From Octopus vulgaris (taxonomy: Eukaryota): DNA of 64,000 nt. Each line of letters begins with the position of its first letter. Within the stretch, counting starts at the first letter, position 1. The position numbers and the translations under genes were made by a program. Shown here piece by piece: positions 9,789 to 23,445 of this stretch. The stretch is taken from positions 90,520,001-90,584,000 of the forward strand of contig OX597816.1 of the NCBI GenBank assembly GCA_951406725.2, in the 5' to 3' direction. Below the pieces are notes generated by a model. It was given only the letters and a program-made list of their open reading frames with translations. It was not told the origin of the DNA and ran no database searches.

Positions 9789-11805
9789 ATGAATATAGTG
9801 AAGAATTCCGGGTAGAAGTAGGTGTACACCAAGGCTCAGCCCTCAGTCCCCTTTTATTCATCATAGTCCTCCAGGCAATAACAGAGGAATTCAAAACAAG
9901 TTGCCCCTGGGAGCTCCTCTATGCTGATGACCGGGCCCTCATAGCAGAATCACTACCGGAACTACAAAAGAAATTTTGGGTGTGGAAGCAAGGGTTAGAA
10001 TCAAAGGGCCTTAGAGTAAATGTAGCAAAGACCAAAGTTATAGTAAGCAGAAAGGCGAACTCAGCACACACCCCATCGGGCAGGTGGCCCTGCTCGATCT
10101 GTAGGAAAGGCGTAGGTAGAAACTCCATAAGATGCACCCAGTGTAAGCTATGGACGCATAAGAGGTGCAGCAACATCAAAGGGAAATTAACTGATAAGAT
10201 AGCTTTCATGTGCGGCAGATGCACAGGGACAATAGACACCACAAATACTCAGAAAACAGATTCCATCACACTCCAGGGGGAGAAACTAGTAGTAGTCGAT
10301 AGTTTCCGCTACCTGGGTGACCAAGTTAGTAGTGGAGGTGGATGTTCAGAGAGTGTCACCACTAGAATACGAATAGCCTGGGCAAAGTTTAGAAAGCTCC
10401 TACCCCTACTGGCGACAAAGGGTCTCTCACTGAGAGTGAAAGGTAGATTGTATGATGCATGTGTGCGAACTGCTATGCTTCACGGTAGTGAAACATGGGC
10501 CGTGACTGCAGAAGACATGCGCAGACTTGAAAGAAATGAAGCTAGCATGATCCGCTGGATGTGTAATGTCAGTGTGCACACACGACAGAGTGTAAGCACC
10601 CTGAGAGAAATGCGCATGATCCGCTGGATGTGTAATGTCAGTGTGCACGCATGACAGAGTGTAAGCACCCTGAGAGAAATGCTGGACATAAGCATCAGAT
10701 GTGGTGTGCAAGAGCGGCGCTTGCGATGGTATGGTCATGTACTGCGGATGGATGAGGAGAGATGTGTGAAGAAGTGCTGCTCCCAAACAGTTGAAGGAAT
10801 CAGGGAGAGAGGTAGACCCAGGAAGACATGGGATGAGGTAGTCAAGCATGACCTCAGAGCGTTGGGCCTCACTGAGGCAATGGCGAAGGACCGAGATATG
10901 CTTTGACTGCAAAGACCTGGGCTGCTTCCTGCACCAGTTCCGAATAGCCCCTGCCCATTCAAAGTACCTTGGATTCCAGAACATCCTGCTGTGCTTGAGG
11001 AGACCTGTTGAGTCAAGTACATGAACATCGAAATAAATGTCAATGGAAATAGTAGTTGTGATACCTGTGCTGGTGGCACATAAAAAGCACCATCCGAACG
11101 TGGCTGTTGCCAGCGCCGCCTCGACTGGCTTCTGTGCCGGTGGCACATAAAAAGCACCATCCAAACGTGGCCGATGCCAGCGCCGCCTCGACTGGCTTCT
11201 GTGCCGGTGGCACATAAAAAGCACCATCTGAACGTGGCCGATGCCAGCTTCCGTGCCGGTGGCAAAAGACCCGGGCTGCTTCCTGCACCAGTTCCGCATA
11301 GCCCCTGCCCATTCAAAGTACCTTGGATTCCAGAACATTCCACTGTGCTTGCAAAGACCTGTTGAGTCAAGTACATGAACATCGAAATAAATATCAATGG
11401 AAATAGTAGTTGTGATACCTGTGCCGGTGGCACATAAAAAGCACCATCCGAACGTGGCCGATGCCAGCGCCGTCTTGACTCGCTTCTGTGCTGGTGGCAC
11501 ATAAAAAGCACCATCTGAGCGTGGCCGATGCCAGTGCCGCCTTGGCTGGCTTTCGTGCTGGTGGCATGTTAAAAGCACCAACCGATTGTGGCCGATGCCA
11601 GACCCCCCCTGGCACCTGTGCTGGTGGCACATAAAAAGCACCCACTACACTCGCGGAGTGGTTGGCGTTAGGAAGGGCATCCAGCTATAGAAACACTGCC
11701 AGATCAGACTGGAGCCTGGTGCAGCCCCTGGCTTCCCAGACCCCGGTTGAACCGTCCAACCCGTGCTAGCGCGGAAAACGGATGTCAAACGATGATGATG
11801 ATGAT
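9789..11805 (+). mobile_element. 5'-truncated RTE-clade LINE with an expanded 3' UTR and (GAT)n tail
   Basis: GVHQGSALSPLLF, LLYADD, GLRVNVAKTK, FRYLG and GRPRKTW motifs; 3' end GGCGTTAGGAAGGGCATCCAGC...GATGATG; flanked by (TA)n. Confidence 0.92.
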
Positions 11806-11827
11806 ATATATATATATATATATATAT

Positions 11828-12240
11828 AGGCACAGCGTTGCTGTATGGTAAGAAATTTGCTTCCCAACCACATGGTTCTGGGTTTAGTTCCACTGCATGG
11901 TACCTTGGGCAAGTGTCTTCTATTATAGCCCTGGGCTGACCAAAGCCTTGTGAGTGGATTTGGTAGACGGAAACTGAAAGAAGACCGTCATATATATATG
12001 TATGTATGTCCGTATGTATGTATATATTTGTGTGTGTGTGTGTGTGTGTCTGTGCTTGTTTCCCCATTGTTGCTTGACAACAGTTGTTGATATGTTTACA
12101 TTCCTCATAACTTAGCAGTTTGGCAAAAGAGACCAACAGAATAAGTACTAGGCTTACAAAGAATAAGTCCTGGTGTTGATTTGTTCAACTAAAAGGTGGT
12201 GCTCCAGCAAGACTACAGTCAAACGAGTGAAACAAGTAAA
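11828..12240 (+). mobile_element. tRNA-derived SINE with internal microsatellite
   Basis: A/B-box-like head, CCTTGGGCAAGTGTCTTCTA core and TGAAACAAGTAAA tail; many related copies in the window. Confidence 0.85.
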
Positions 12241-15200
12241 TGAAATAAATGAAATATAAAAGAAGAAAAAGAAAATGGATGAAACCATCCCTTCATGAGG
12301 TTAACAGAACGTCTAATCGTATATATATATGTGTATGTGTAGGTTGTTGGATCCTTATTCTATCGGTCTCTTTTGCCAAACTGCTAAGTTATGGGGATGT
12401 AAACATACCAACATCAGTTGTCAAGCGATGGTGGGGGAACAAGCACAGACACCACATTTTTACACCTGTCTCCAATCTCTGGAGATATATATATATATAT
12501 ACATACATACGATGGACTCTCCTGTCGATTTTGATGTATGAGGATCCAACAACCTACACTTTCTTTGTCAGTTACAAAGCTTATGTTGAATGTGACATTT
12601 AAGTCCCACCAATGATTTACAAAGAAGCCCACAGATCCTGCAAGTATGAGGATTACAGGTCAGTGTAGGTGGTATATTTGCAGACACTTATCTCCTTTGC
12701 TTTGTACCACTTAGCCCGTAAACATTGGTTGAAACAAAGTCTCTTGCACCATTTTGACATGATGATCTCCATTTTATTTGCTCCAAGGCTGACTGCTGAA
12801 AGGTGTGAGCTGGCTGTACATGAGGGCTTTGGGTATTGTTTCATCACTCATTCTGAAGACATGGCCAATCCAACACAATTGTGACTGCATAAGAAAGCTC
12901 TCGATTTCACCTTGCTAAACAGGTTGACATTAGACACTCTGTCTTTTAGTGAATAACTGCAGATTGTCCTGAGACAGTCTTTATGGAAGATGTCTAGTTG
13001 GCTAATGTGCTACCTATAGGGGCACATTAAATATATAGATACATACATATACACCAACACATATGCAAACATATGTGTGTATGTGTGTGTAAGTGTGTGA
13101 ATGTGTATATGTTTGTTTACATTTCTTAGATCAATGAAATCTGTAAAATATGTTATTCTTGGAAAAGGAAATAATATTTTGCAAACAAATGAGTTTAATA
13201 TTTAATGTTGTTGCTGTCGTCGTCATTTAGCACCTGCTTTCCATGCCAGATGGTTTGACTGGAACTGGTAAGCTGGGGAGCTGCATCAGGTTCCAGTCTG
13301 ATTTGGCATGATTTCTATGGCTGGATGTCCTTCCTAACGCCAACCACTCCAAGAGTGTAATGGGTGCTTGTCATGTGCAGCTGGCATGGGTACTATTATG
13401 TGCCACTGGCATGGGTGCCAGGTACATGACACCAGCAAGAGCCATGACTATAATTTCATTTGGCTTGATGAGTCTTCTCAAGCACAGCATATCTCCAAAG
13501 GGCTCAGTCACTTGTCATCGCCTCCGTGAGGACCAACATTCAAAGATCATGCTTCAGCACCTTGTGCTATGTCCTCAAACTGTATCACACTCTAGGTACA
13601 TTTTTACAACTGTCTCCAATCTCTGGACAAGCAGCCAAGAAACTATCATTTCATATCCTATTCAGTGTGTTTATTAGGATTGGGACCAAAATAATTAGCA
13701 TGCAACTGCAGTCTCCATAGCTTTTAGTAGGTACTAAAGATGTTATGGCTCACTGCAGTTGTAACTTTATAAGGGTTAGTTGCAGAGATGTTGAAAGTTT
13801 AGTAACTATACTTCATGACTGGTGCAACCCAGCAACATAATCTCATAGAGTGGTGTAGAAGTTAAAATGTTGTCCAGTGCCACAACTTCATAGAGTTTAG
13901 TGAAGAATTTAGGTTCTAGATTGTTTATTAAGGCTCTGGTTTCAACACCCTTTTATTCATTAAAATTATTGATAATTGAATTCCCATTACAATATCTGGA
14001 CTGGATGTCCTTGAGGAATTTTAAATGTTTATGATCCAGCTTTCATTGAAGTATATGTCAAAAGGGTGCAGAAAGAGTTTTTAACTATAAAGAATGATCT
14101 AGACAAGACTCTGAAAATCAAATAGTTGGTAACAGACGATATAAAACCTCTGTGGCTTTCTGTAAATAAGAATTCCTTTAAGCATAAACTCAATAATACA
14201 TATTTAGACTGTGGGTACAGATAAAATGCAAATTGTATGATGTCTAGAAATTCATATATAACAAATATATGGAATAATTAGCAGTATGTAGATCCTTTAA
14301 CACTTTAAATTCTTCTTTAGGAGTAGCATGTAATGAATCAGTTCAAGAGATTTATGTAATAAAAATATGGCATTGAGTATAAGAAAGAGGGGAAGAAGTT
14401 CAGAAAGATGTTGTCTATGTTGGAAAAAAGAAAAGTGAATCATATATAATAAAAATGAATCAACAAAATAAAGTATAATGTTTTGTGATTGTGATATTTT
14501 ATGGTATTTAAAGCAGATCTAAGTGAAGGCACATAGCTTAGTGGTTAGGATATGTGGATTAGAGTCGTAAGGTTGTCTTTGAGCAAGACACTTTATTTCA
14601 TGTTGCCACCAATTGACTCAGCTGGCAGAAATGAGTAGTACCTGTAATTCAAAGGGCCAACCTTGTCATGTTCTGTGTCATGCTGAAACTCCCTGAGAAC
14701 TACATTAAGGGTATGTGGGACTGTGAAAAGTGCTTGGCCACTTGCACGTTACTTTCATGAGCAGGCTGTTCTGTTGATTAGATCAACTGAAACCCTCATT
14801 GTTGTAATCAATGGAGTGCCAGTTATTAAAGCAGATCTACAGTTATTGAAAAGAAATGAGAGGAACATTTATTATTTTTTCATTTGGTTGAGAGGAAAGG
14901 CAATAACAATGACATTTTACAGGGGCCTCTGAGTCTTGTGGAAGGGAGGGAGTACTCTCAAAGTGGAGACTGGACCTGAATGTTTGCAAAAGAGTGAACT
15001 CTGCTACATGCAACTAACATGCCATGTGGTGGTGTGACAGTGGATTAAGTTTATCCCTCAAGTAGCCTGTGATGGGATTTGAACACAGAATGCAAAGAGT
15101 TAGAACAAATACTGAAAAGCATCTCATCCGATGCCCTAATGTTTTCTTCAATTCACTGCCAGACTGGTAATATATTTATTGACCCTGGAAGGATGAAGAA

Positions 15201-15715
15201 GTAAAATTGACCTCAGTGTGATTTGAACTCAGAATACAAAGGTGCCAGAATAAATACCACAATACATTTGGCTTGGCACCTTGGGCAAGTGTCTTCTACT
15301 AAACCACTGGGTTGACCGAAGCCAGGTGAGTGGATTTGGGAGATGGAAACTGAAATTAAGCCTGCCATGGTAATTTTAAACACGTGTCACCATTATACAG
15401 ACGGTGTCATTTACTCCCAATCTTCCATAATAACACATCTGATAGTGGAGAAATGTTACCTTGCTTGGAAACAAGTGAAGCTAAATGACAGGATGGGCAT
15501 TTGGATGTAGAAAATCTGCATCAATGAATTCTGTTTGACGCATATAAAGTATGAAAGAATTGATGTTAAAATGATGATGATGAAACCAGTTGCGAAATAA
15601 ATAGAACTAGATAAAATAATGTAATATAACAGATAGAAAATAAAGTTATTAATTATACTACAGAAACTGCAGTAATACCATGAATGAAAGATAATAATAG
15701 TATAAAATATATTAC

Positions 15716-15779
15716 CCTGCATTAGGGGTTAAACCTGAGTAGGAAAAACATTCCATCTCTGGACCTTCATTTGATGGAC
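15716..15779 (-). CDS. EIF2AK1: HRI-like kinase exon 10 (kinase insert): GPSNEGPEMECFSYSGLTPNAG
   Basis: Poly-T + CCAG acceptor and GG|GTAATA donor; phase 1 to 2 is needed to keep exons 9 and 11 in frame. Confidence 0.8.
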
Positions 15780-15865
15780 CTGGAAAAAAAAATGAATTGT
15801 AAAACAGAAATATTCTTTGTTAATTTAGAACAGTTAATGGTAGAATCACTAGCTAACCAAACAGG

Positions 15866-17365
15866 ATCATCATCATCGTCATTATCGTTTAACGTCCACT
15901 TTCCATGCTGGCATGGGTTGGACGATTTGACTGAGGTCCGGCGAACCAGATGGCTGCACCAGATTCCAGTCTTGATCTGGCAGAGTTTCTACAGCTGGAT
16001 GCCCTTCATAACGCCAACCACTCCAAGAGTGTAGTGGGTGCTTTTATGTGCCACTGGCACGAGGCCCAGTCAGGAGGTACTGGCAACGGCCACACTCAAA
16101 TAGTGTTTTTTACATGCCACATGCACAGGAGCCAGTCCAGCGGCACTGGCAACAACCACACTCAAATGGTGTTTTTTACATTCCACATGCACAGGAGCCA
16201 GTCCAGCGGCACTAGCAACAACCACACTGAAATGGTGTTTTTTACATGCCACATGCACAGGAGCCAGTCCAGCAGCACTGGCAACAACCCTGGTCGAATA
16301 TTTTTCATGTGTTACCAACACAAGTGCCAGTAAGGCGACACTGGTAACGATCATGCTCGAATGGTGCCAGTTAGCTGCTCTGGCAACGATCATGTTTGGA
16401 TGGTGCTCTTAGCACTCCACTAGCACAGATGCCAGTCATTGAATTTGATTTCAATTTCACTTGCCTCAACAGGTCTTTGCAAGCAGAGTGTAGTGTCCAA
16501 TGAAGGAAAGGTACACATAAGTGGGCTGGTTACACCCCTGGCATAGGCCACAGGTTATAGTCTCACTTGGCTTGCCGGGTCTTCTCAAGCACAGCATATT
16601 TCCAAAGGTCTTGGTCACTAGTCATTGCTTCGGTGAGGCTTAATGTTCGAAGGTCGTGCTTCACCACCTCATCCCAGGTCTTCCACAGATTCCCTCAACC
16701 AGTAATGTGTGGCACTTTTTCACCACCTCATCACAGGTCTTCCACAGATTCCCTCAACCAGTAATGTGTGGCACTTTTTCACCACCTCATCCCAGGTCTT
16801 CCACAGATTCCCTCAACCAGTAATGTGTGGCACTTTTTCACCACCTCATCACAGGTCTTCCACAGATTCCCTCAACCAGTAATGTGTGGCACTTTTTCAC
16901 CACCTCATCACAGGTCTTCCACAGATTCCCTCAACCAGTAATGTGTGGCACTTTTTCACCACCTCATCACAGGTCTTCCACAGATTCCCTCAACCAGTAA
17001 TGTGTGGCACTTTTTCACCACCTCATCACAGGTCTTCCACAGATTCCCTCAACCAGTAATGTGTGGCACTTTTTCACCACCTCATCACAGGTCTTCCACA
17101 GATTCCCTCAACCAGTAATGTGTGGCACTTTTTCACCACCTCATCCCAGGTCTTCCACAGATTCCCTCAACCAGTAATGTGTGGCACTTTTTCACCACCT
17201 CATCACGGGTCTTCCACAGATTCCCTCAACCAGTAATGTGTGGCACTTTTTCACACAGCTATCCTCATCCATTCTCGCCACATGACCATACCAGTGCAGT
17301 CGTCTCTCTTGCACACCACATCTGATGCTTCTTAGGTCCAACTTTTCTCTCAAGGTACTTATACT
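15866..17365 (-). mobile_element. RTE LINE 3' fragment, opposite orientation to 9789-11805
   Basis: (CAT)n tail, GCTGGATGCCCTT core, 3' UTR subrepeats and C-terminal ORF remnants. Confidence 0.85.
16660..17254. repeat. 59-bp tandem array, about 10 copies, inside the RTE fragment
   Basis: Unit CACCACCTCATC(A/C)CAGGTCTTCCACAGATTCCCTCAACCAGTAATGTGTGGCACTTTTT; TTCCACAGATT recurs every 59 nt from 16681 to 17212. Confidence 0.95.
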
Positions 17366-17929
17366 GTCGGATACTTTCCCATTTTTAGTTACCCCTATGT
17401 TTGGAATTCAATCCTATCATAATTAACTTTGCTTTCATCCTTGATGGCTGTCTATTTGTGATTGAGGAAGACCATCACTGACCATTGCCCATGCAAAATG
17501 CCAGCAATGTCTGTGTGTGTCATTATTGCTCCAGTAGTCAGCTTCATCGAAGTTCATGTCCATAGCTTATGTGCTTGTTGCGGTACCCTCTTGCTTGATT
17601 GGGTATCAGATAGTTGATTGCACAACCTAAAATTTTAGGTCCAATAAGACTTGCACAGTACCTCACAGATGCTCTCCACACTACTGACATGATCCTGAGG
17701 CAAGCTGGAGCAAGAAATCCAGTGTCAATAAAACAAATACCAGATATGTACCAAGAGTTGGTTATCTAAACCACTAAATTATGACCTATGCTAATGTAAT
17801 AAACCATTTGTTTTCTAATTAATTTTTTTTTCTGTATCCATATAGTACATGACTAGGAGGATTCTGGTCTACAACTGGTTTTATTTTCAGTTGGGGACCC
17901 AAACTCAACATTACAAGCCAGGAAGGCAT

Positions 17930-18145
17930 TTAGTGGGCAGTTAACTTTTTTGATTTGATTGCAAGCCATTTCAGAGTTCTTCGCTTTGAAACCATTGACG
18001 GGATTAAAAAGCTTGTAAATAGATGGAAGGAAGTCATAGATAATCAGGGAAAGTACATTGATGATTAAATTTCAATTAAATATAACATTTGATCACTTGT
18101 TTTCTTTATTCAAAATTCAGACATAACTTATGGGATAACCAGATA
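17930..18145 (+). mobile_element. Mariner transposase C-terminal relic
   Basis: Encodes GIKKLVNRWKEVIDNQGKYIDD*, the typical mariner C-terminus. Confidence 0.75.
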
Positions 18146-18395
18146 TAATTTGTGTGGTTGTGAAACCTGCTAGACATAGTAGCCAAATCTCCCTCACATC
18201 ACACACTGCCTTCCATAAGAACTCATTAGCTAATGCAATCCTACAAATCCCTAAAGAAAGACAAGATGGTTATGGCCCTGGAATGCTTTTAATCATAGCT
18301 CAACACAAAAAAATTCAAATCTAAAAAAACATTGCTTATTCTATATTTTTATACAATCCACAGTAGAATCAAAAGCGAAAGAAAATTGAACTTAC

Positions 18396-18489
18396 CTGTC
18401 ATAAAAATGTCCTGTTCTAACCAAGCAGAATTGTACCCAACAATATTTTTGTGTTTCAAACTAGCTAAAGTTTTTACTTCATCAAGTAT
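18396..18489 (-). CDS. EIF2AK1: HRI-like kinase exon 9, subdomains III-IV: ILDEVKTLASLKHKNIVGYNSAWLEQDIFMT
   Basis: EVK.LA.L.H.NIVGY..AWLE signature; part of ORF 18349..18570; canonical splice sites. Confidence 0.95.
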
Positions 18490-18662
18490 CTGGAAAAAAA
18501 AAAATGGGGATGAACAAACAAACCATTGTTCATATTCATTAAAAAATGTTTTACATGATGTTAATAACATTCCAAATATAAAATATCAAATGTAACAACT
18601 TTACAATTACTATCAGTAATTATTATACTATTTGTTTAATGCTTAATTTCATAAATACTTAC

Positions 18663-18746
18663 TCGCTTTATTTCAATGGTGCTTTCATTATCTTTTAACC
18701 AAATTTTTTTGATAGCATAATGTCGTCCATCTAGTTTATTGATTGC
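18663..18746 (-). CDS. EIF2AK1: HRI-like kinase exon 8, subdomain II: AINKLDGRHYAIKKIWLKDNESTIEIKR
   Basis: NKLDG..YAIKKI signature with the catalytic Lys; canonical splice sites; phase 0 to 0. Confidence 0.95.
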
Positions 18747-19979
18747 CTGACATAAGAAAATAGTTAAGAGTTCATTTTAATGCAGGAAATTAACTGTCAG
18801 TCTCTCTCTCTTTCTTCCAATACATTTAATGAGTAATGTTTTGGTGCTCTAAATAGATGTTCCTTTTTATTAATTTCTGCAAAAATAAATTATAAACTGC
18901 AGAATATTTCCTATGACAATTGTTTTATAATTCTTTTTGTTAAACATTAACTGTTTTATTTTGTAAAACATTTAGATACGGTTAGGAACTACAAAAATGA
19001 TAGACCTGCTGGCAACCCCAACAGTACCGAAGACTTACTGGAGCTACTATTGTAGGCATGGTGTGTTGCAAGGACAGAAATCACCTGATCTTGGAATGCA
19101 ATTACTTTAATGGCCGAACTGAGGCCTGCTGTTTTCTTCTTGGTTGCCTGATGCATACTCTGCATGTGCATGAATATATGCCATCATCATCATTTCATAC
19201 CTAGTTTCCTAGCTGGTATGGGTTGGACAGTTCCACAAGATTCAATGGGTTATAGAATCATGATTTGCTGTAGTGTCTTAGATTTGACATAGTTTCTACA
19301 AACGGATGCCTTTCCTAATGCCAACCACTTTCCAGAGTGTAGTGGGTATCTTTTTCTGTGGCACCACAACTAGTAAGGTCACTATGTAGTTTGCAAGAAC
19401 CTCTTCAACTTAGCTGAGAGTGAAGTGTCTTTATGTTAGGTGTTGAGAAGTTAAAGAATGATAGAAAGGATAGCTACCTTGCAATATACAAGGCTGGGTC
19501 TCAATGATTTGGGCGGTATTGGAAAGAAAGATAAAGACAGTTTCTTGTCTCATGGTTTGTTTAACTTTTGCTTACATACGCATTACCACTGAAGGAAAAG
19601 CAGGATATAGAGGGATATTTTGATATGCAAGATATATATATGTATATGTGAATCATGGGCTAATGTAAAAAAAAACCCCACCAAGTGAGCTATTTACAAA
19701 AGGAAGCAGTTGAATCTTGACTTATAGCTGAGGAAGCTTTAAGTCTGTTGAGTAACTTGCAAGAAATAGTAGTTAAATATCTCTCAAATTACACTCTACC
19801 AATATGTAAAACAAAGGACACATTGAATAATGTAGTTCAACAACAACAAGAACAGCACTTAGAATATGTATGATATTTAGAACTAGCTGAAATGTCTGAC
19901 AGAAAAAGCATATTTAAAATAAACAATATTAAAGACAAGTTGTGTTTTCTATGTGAAATATTTTCTTGGAGCCAATTAC

Positions 19980-20049
19980 CTGACGCACTGAGCCAAATCC
20001 ACCTTGGCCAATAGGACCTACATCCTCAAATTCAACTTCATAACGTTCA
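19980..20049 (-). CDS. EIF2AK1: HRI-like kinase exon 7, subdomain I: ERYEVEFEDVGPIGQGGFGSVRQ
   Basis: RY..EF followed by the GxGGFGxV glycine loop typical of eIF2-alpha kinases; TTCCAG acceptor and GTAATT donor. Confidence 0.95.
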
Positions 20050-21528
20050 CTGGAATTAAAAAAATTGAATAAAGAAAAAGCACAAAAAAGTTTATCTACA
20101 TAATAAAAACTGCAGGTACATTTTTAAAACTCCATTTGACTTGTTTCTGTCAATTAATTTTGACAACATAATGGTACCCTAACATCTTGGTTACTCTCCC
20201 AAGGTTTTATTACTACATCCACTACACTTCACTTCTAACATGATCATCAGTTAAACTTCTACACACTCCAACTCAGACTTGTTAGACGCCTACATTTACT
20301 CATAAGTTGTCTTCATGGAAATATTTGTGTTCACTGTTGATTTGGCTGCAAAACTGACAACACAAGAAAGGTTCTGGTTTTCGCAGCATGGTCTCAACTA
20401 AAAAGCCATCTAAGTTGAATATGGGAAGTTACTGAGATCATCCAAATTGATTGAAATTCATTTGGCAATGGTCTAAAATACTTGGCAGCAAATTGGGAAA
20501 GAAGGAATTTAATTTATAGCAGTGTTCTGAGTAAAATGGTCTTTTGCATTCCAGGTCATTTCCTAGTAGTGATTTCAGGCAGGGATAAAAAGCTGAAATT
20601 ATTACCAGAGGACAGCTATCAAGCTTTTGAAAATAATATTTTTTTTTGTTTGCAATTCTTTTGAATGTTGCATTTACAATTTACGGAAGAATGGTTGATG
20701 AAGGTAAACATTTCAATATGGTTAGGTGTTTAGCAGACTTGTTGCTAAAAATCATCAGCATAGCTTTGACTATAGTTCAATCAATCAACACACTTAAATA
20801 AAGAAGATATTCAAAGTGCAAATGGAACTTCAGGTTATTTGGCAGTGGTTATAGGAAGCAATGGAAGCATCATCATCATCATTTAAAGTCCATTTTCTGT
20901 GCTGGCATGGGTTGGACAGTTTGACAGGAGCTGACCAGGCTCCATGTCTGTTTTGGCATGGTTTCTATGGCTGGATGCCCTTCCTAATGCCAACTACTTT
21001 ACAGAGTGTACTGGGTGCTTTTTACGTGGCACCAGCAACTATAAGCCGGCAAGATTAAGAATGCTCAGTTGGAGAGGGATGCAGGGGGGTGAAGCCTATA
21101 TGCAAGGGCAACCCTGCTTTGACTTAGCTTGACATGTCTTTTCAAACAGCAAACTGCCAGGAGTCTCAGTCTCCTGCATCCCTCTCCAACTGTCCCAACA
21201 TTTGTAGCTCCTTTAAGCAGAGGTAAATTTTGAATTTAGAGAAAAAGGAAGAGTTTGAGAGTATTGGGATGAGCAAACTGAAGTGCAAATGAAAGATGAA
21301 TTGACAAATGAAAGTATTTTAAAACAGAAAATGCTTTAGCTTTTCCAGTTGTTGAGTCATTCAGTTCTAACTAATAATGGAAGCAAACAGTTATTCTGTG
21401 TCCTGTCACAAACAATGCAGCTTAAAAAAACAAAACAAAAGACAGAAACCCAAAACAGAAAAAAAACACTAACAGTTATACAAAAATATAAATAATAATT
21501 TTTTTTAACTTATAAAACTTTAACTTAC

Positions 21529-21566
21529 TATACTTGAATATTTTGAGGTAATTTATTTAATGGAAT
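21529..21566 (-). CDS. EIF2AK1: HRI-like kinase exon 6: IPLNKLPQNIQV(Y)
   Basis: TTTTTTGCAG acceptor and GTAAGT donor; its phase 0 to 2 bridges the flanking exons. Confidence 0.8.
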
Positions 21567-23320
21567 CTGCAAAAAATATGAAATTAACATTTATAAAATC
21601 AGCTTTAAAAATGTAATTTTAATTTTTAATTTCACACAATAATACTGGATATCATACACATGTAATATATCTATACTTATATGAGCATATTATAAAAATA
21701 GTTTTTAGATCAATGTATAATTTATTCAAACAAAAGAAATGTTTGGAATAGATTCAAAGTAACTGCATCCTTCAACTGACAAGATAAGACTGGTTGCTAC
21801 ATTGAAGTTTGTAACAAGTAGACATGTTTTACAAATATGTGCATAAAATTTCACTCTCTTCAGTGTCTGGAAGAACCAATGGTTACTGACCCAAGATTTC
21901 AGCCAGTTTATGCTCAATTAAAAATTCACAGCAACGACCTCATGGCAACTTTCATCTGTTTCTATAGTAAAGTTCTACAGGTATAACGAATTCCATAAAA
22001 ACATTCCCAACATTTGTCATCCATAAGGTTATTTATGTAATTACCAGTTGTCAAAATATTCTGATTTTAGAGTAAAGACCCATCCTCCATAGCAGAATTG
22101 TCAAGGCTGCATCCCCTGGTGAAGAGGATTGGCCTGCAGGAGTCCTATACTGGTGCCACATAAAAAGCAATCATGCCAGTGTCACGTAAAAGTGCTTGTG
22201 CCAGTGGCATGTTAAAAGCACTCAGCACATGCTGTGCAAGCAGTAGGAAGGGCATCCAACCATAAAAGCCAAATCCAAATCAGACTGGAACTTGGTGCAG
22301 CTCTCCAGCTCTGTTCAAACCAGCCAACCCATGCCAGCAAGGAAAATGGACGTTAAAGGGTGATGATGATGATGATGAAATAATATAATTAAATATTCTA
22401 ATGAGTGCATATGTTGAATGTCCAATTTTCCATTGAGAGATAGACTGAAAAAAATTGATTTATCAGATCTATGCATGAAATTGTGCTCAAATCAAACAAA
22501 TGGATAATGCATGATGGAAATAAGTGTTGCATGTTAATAGTAAAGGAAAGCTAAGGAGAGATAGACACCTCCCGCAAAAGTTAAAGATAAATTAAATTTA
22601 AATAAATGAGAGAACACAGAAAAGCACATGGTAATGAGAATGTTGACTATGTAGCTTATTTACTGATGAAATCATCATCATCATCATCATCGTTTAATGT
22701 CCGTTTTCCATGCTAGCATGGGTTGGATGGTTTGACTGGGGTCTGGGAAGCCAGGAGGCTGCACCAGGCTCCAGTCTGATCTAGCAGTGTTTCTACAGCT
22801 GGATACCTTTCCTCACGCCAACCACTCCGAGAGTGTAGTGGGTGCTATCTACGTGCCACCAGCACAGGACCCAGGTGAGGCTGGCAACGGCTATGATTGG
22901 TTGATACTTTTTATGTGCCACCAGCACGGAAGCCAGTCAAGGCGGCGCTGGCATCAGCCACATTCAGATGGTGCTGATTTCAAATTTTGGCATCAGGCTA
23001 ACAAGTTCAGGGGAGGGGGTTACGCTGATCACATCAACCCCAGTATTTAACCAATACTTATTTTATCAACCCTGAAAGGATGAAAGGCTAAGTCAACCTC
23101 AGTGGAATTTGAACTCAGAATGGGAAGACAGATGAAATGTTAAGCATTTTGCCTGGCGTGCTAACAATGCTGCCAGTTCACAACCCTAGGGCTGTTAAAT
23201 ATATAATTATGTGTGTGTGTGAAGTTACAGAGATATATTCAATAATAATAAAATCCATGAAGAATAATTAATCAATTAGTTTGTATGCAATGAAGATATA
23301 AGAATGTAATGTATACTTAC

Positions 23321-23445
23321 ATGTAGTTGTTTGAAAAATAAAAGATTAAAAAGGATCTTAGAAATGTTTGCTCTTAGACCCTGAAACTCTTCCAGAGTAC
23401 TTGATGGATTTAGCAAATCTTTATCAATTAGGAAGCTGGATATAT
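23321..23445 (-). CDS. EIF2AK1: HRI-like kinase exon 5 (N-terminal domain): ISSFLIDKDLLNPSSTLEEFQGLRANISKILFNLLFFKQLH
   Basis: TTCCAG acceptor and GTAAGT donor; phase 1 to 0; LL..S..EEF.GLR resembles HRI GLLSSFTCSDEFSSLR. Confidence 0.9.

Noticed and set aside
10427-11641. Long minus-strand ORFs (404 aa and 259 aa)
   Set aside because: Antisense to the RTE ORF and its repetitive 3' UTR; no recognisable domain.
16660-17254. Regularly spaced repeats resembling a CRISPR array
   Set aside because: Units are head-to-tail and nearly identical with no unique spacers; they derive from an RTE LINE; eukaryotic context with no cas genes.
20050-20095. Upstream alternative acceptor extending exon 7
   Set aside because: It would need a phase-1 junction, but exon 6 ends in phase 2; the extension looks like a polypyrimidine tract.
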